From: Thermoplasmata archaeon
GTDB taxonomy: Archaea; Thermoplasmatota; Thermoplasmata; Lutacidiplasmatales; UBA184
Assembly: GCA_030040775.1 (NCBI GenBank)
Contig: JASHTB010000122.1
Location: forward strand, 1-46,072
Reading direction: 5' to 3'
DNA: 46,072 bases
Shown one piece after another: positions 44,909-46,072 of this stretch. A program made the position numbers and the translations under genes. The notes under the pieces are model-generated. The model did not search any database. It was given only the letters and a program-made list of their open reading frames with translations, and was not told the origin of the DNA. Each line of letters starts with the position of its first letter. Positions within the stretch are counted from its first letter, which is position 1.

Positions 44909-46007
44909 CGGCCGCGTAGCCTCCCTTCTGGCCGAGGAGGCTCTGCGCGCGGACCCCCGTGATGATCAGGAGCACCTTGATCGTGTTCTCGATCTCGGGG
45001 GAGTTCTCGACGGAGCAGCCCCAGATGATGCGGGCCCGCTTCGAGATCTTGCTGCCGACCAGCGCCGCGGCCTTCTCCGCCTCGCTCACCGTCATGGTCG
45101 GTCCGCCGATGACGCGGACGAGCGCACCGGTGGCGTCCTTGAGCTCGACCGAACCGAGGAGCGGCGAGGTGAGCGCTTCCGTGACCGCCTCGGTGACGCG
45201 GTCGGTGGCGCTCTCGCTCTCGCCGAGGCCGATGAGCGCGACCCCTCCGTCCTTCATGACGGTCAGGATGTCGGCGTAGTCGAGGTTGACGAGACCGGGC
45301 TTCGTCACGATCTCGGTGATCCCCTTGATCGCCGTCATCAGGACCGCGTCCGCGAGCTTGAACGCGGAGTCGAGCGGCATGCGGGGGACGAGCTCGAGGA
45401 GCTTGTCGTTCTGGATGACGATCGTCGTGTCGCAGACCCGACGCAGGCGTTCGAGGCCGTCTCGGGCCTGCTCCATGCGGGCCGCGCCCTCTCCGGCGAA
45501 CGGCAGCGTGACCACGCCCATCGTGAGCGCGCCCGCCTCCTTCGCGATGCGGGCGACCAGGTGGGCGGAGCCGGTACCGGTCCCGCCTCCCATCCCCGCG
45601 GTCACGAACACGATGTGCGAGCCCAGGACGAACTGGCGGAGTTCCTCTTCGTTCTCCCGCGCTGCCTCCTCCCCGATCTCGGGGCGGGCGCCGGCGCCGA
45701 GCCCCTTCGTGGCCCGGCGGCCGATCAGGATCTTCCTCGGAGCGTGGATCGTGAGAAGGTGCTTCGCGTCGGTGTTGATGGCGCACATCTCGGCGCCCTG
45801 AATTCCCTCCTCCACGCAGCGGTTGATCGTGTTCGAGCCGCCGCCGCCGCAGCCGATGATGCGGATGTTGACCTTGAGCGTCTCCGCGAGCTTTGCGAGC
45901 TCCGCGTCGTCGGGGTTCGCAAAGGCGGGCGCGGCCGGCTTCTTCTCTTCGACCAGGGCCTGGTTCTCCTGGTGCTTCGCGATCGCTTCCTGGATGATGG
46001 ACTTCAT
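44874..46007 (-). CDS. ftsZ: Cell division protein FtsZ
   Basis: GCGGGGSNT, NTDA.HL, GLGAGA.PEIG, GMGGGTGTG (tubulin signature), PF.GEG, NLDYAD. Confidence 0.98.
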   Translation of the reverse strand: MKSIIQEAIAKHQENQALVEEKKPAAPAFANPDDAELAKLAETLKVNIRIIGCGGGGSNTINRCVEEGIQGAEMCAINTDAKHLLTIHAPRKILIGRRATKGLGAGARPEIGEEAARENEEELRQFVLGSHIVFVTAGMGGGTGTGSAHLVARIAKEAGALTMGVVTLPFAGEGAARMEQARDGLERLRRVCDTTIVIQNDKLLELVPRMPLDSAFKLADAVLMTAIKGITEIVTKPGLVNLDYADILTVMKDGGVALIGLGESESATDRVTEAVTEALTSPLLGSVELKDATGALVRVIGGPTMTVSEAEKAAALVGSKISKRARIIWGCSVENSPEIENTIKVLLIITGVRAQSLLGQKGGYAAGESEEVIDLVR

Positions 46008-46072
46008 CGGTGCTTCCTCGCTTCCGTTTGTCAGACGAGCGTCATACGCTCCGAGGTAGCACTCTTGAGGTT

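Overview
A very GC-rich (roughly 70% by eye) archaeal chromosomal segment. The archaeal call rests on L7Ae/S28e/L24e, RadA, archaeal-type TyrRS, type II MetAP, Pop5, a full 7S SRP RNA with Alu domain and TATA-like boxes before apparently leaderless genes. Non-acidic proteins plus split MetE and bifunctional PurH suggest a high-GC Thermoplasmata lineage (inference only). Most of the window is housekeeping: glyA, tyrS, ribosomal proteins, ndk, tsaC, map, split metE, malic enzyme, purC, radA, a Mo/W ABC transporter with ModE, hutH, mutY, thioredoxin, purH, pop5 and ftsZ. No CRISPR array, tRNA, rRNA, transposase or integrase was seen. Most notable: (1) a solo Cas4-like Fe-S nuclease split into two overlapping genes, each with its own transmembrane helix, inserted between rpl24e and ndk; (2) a soluble TraD/HerA-like ATPase fused to a winged helix and a PD-(D/E)xK-like nuclease domain; (3) nickel superoxide dismutase (sodN) with its maturation protease sodX in an archaeon; (4) an in-frame TAG in an otherwise intact catalytic MetE subunit; (5) a double K-turn covering the ribosome-binding site of rpl7ae; (6) MutY with an intact Nudix box and Asp->Glu at the catalytic position. 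All calls come from motif recognition by eye; no database search was run, and several start codons are best estimates.
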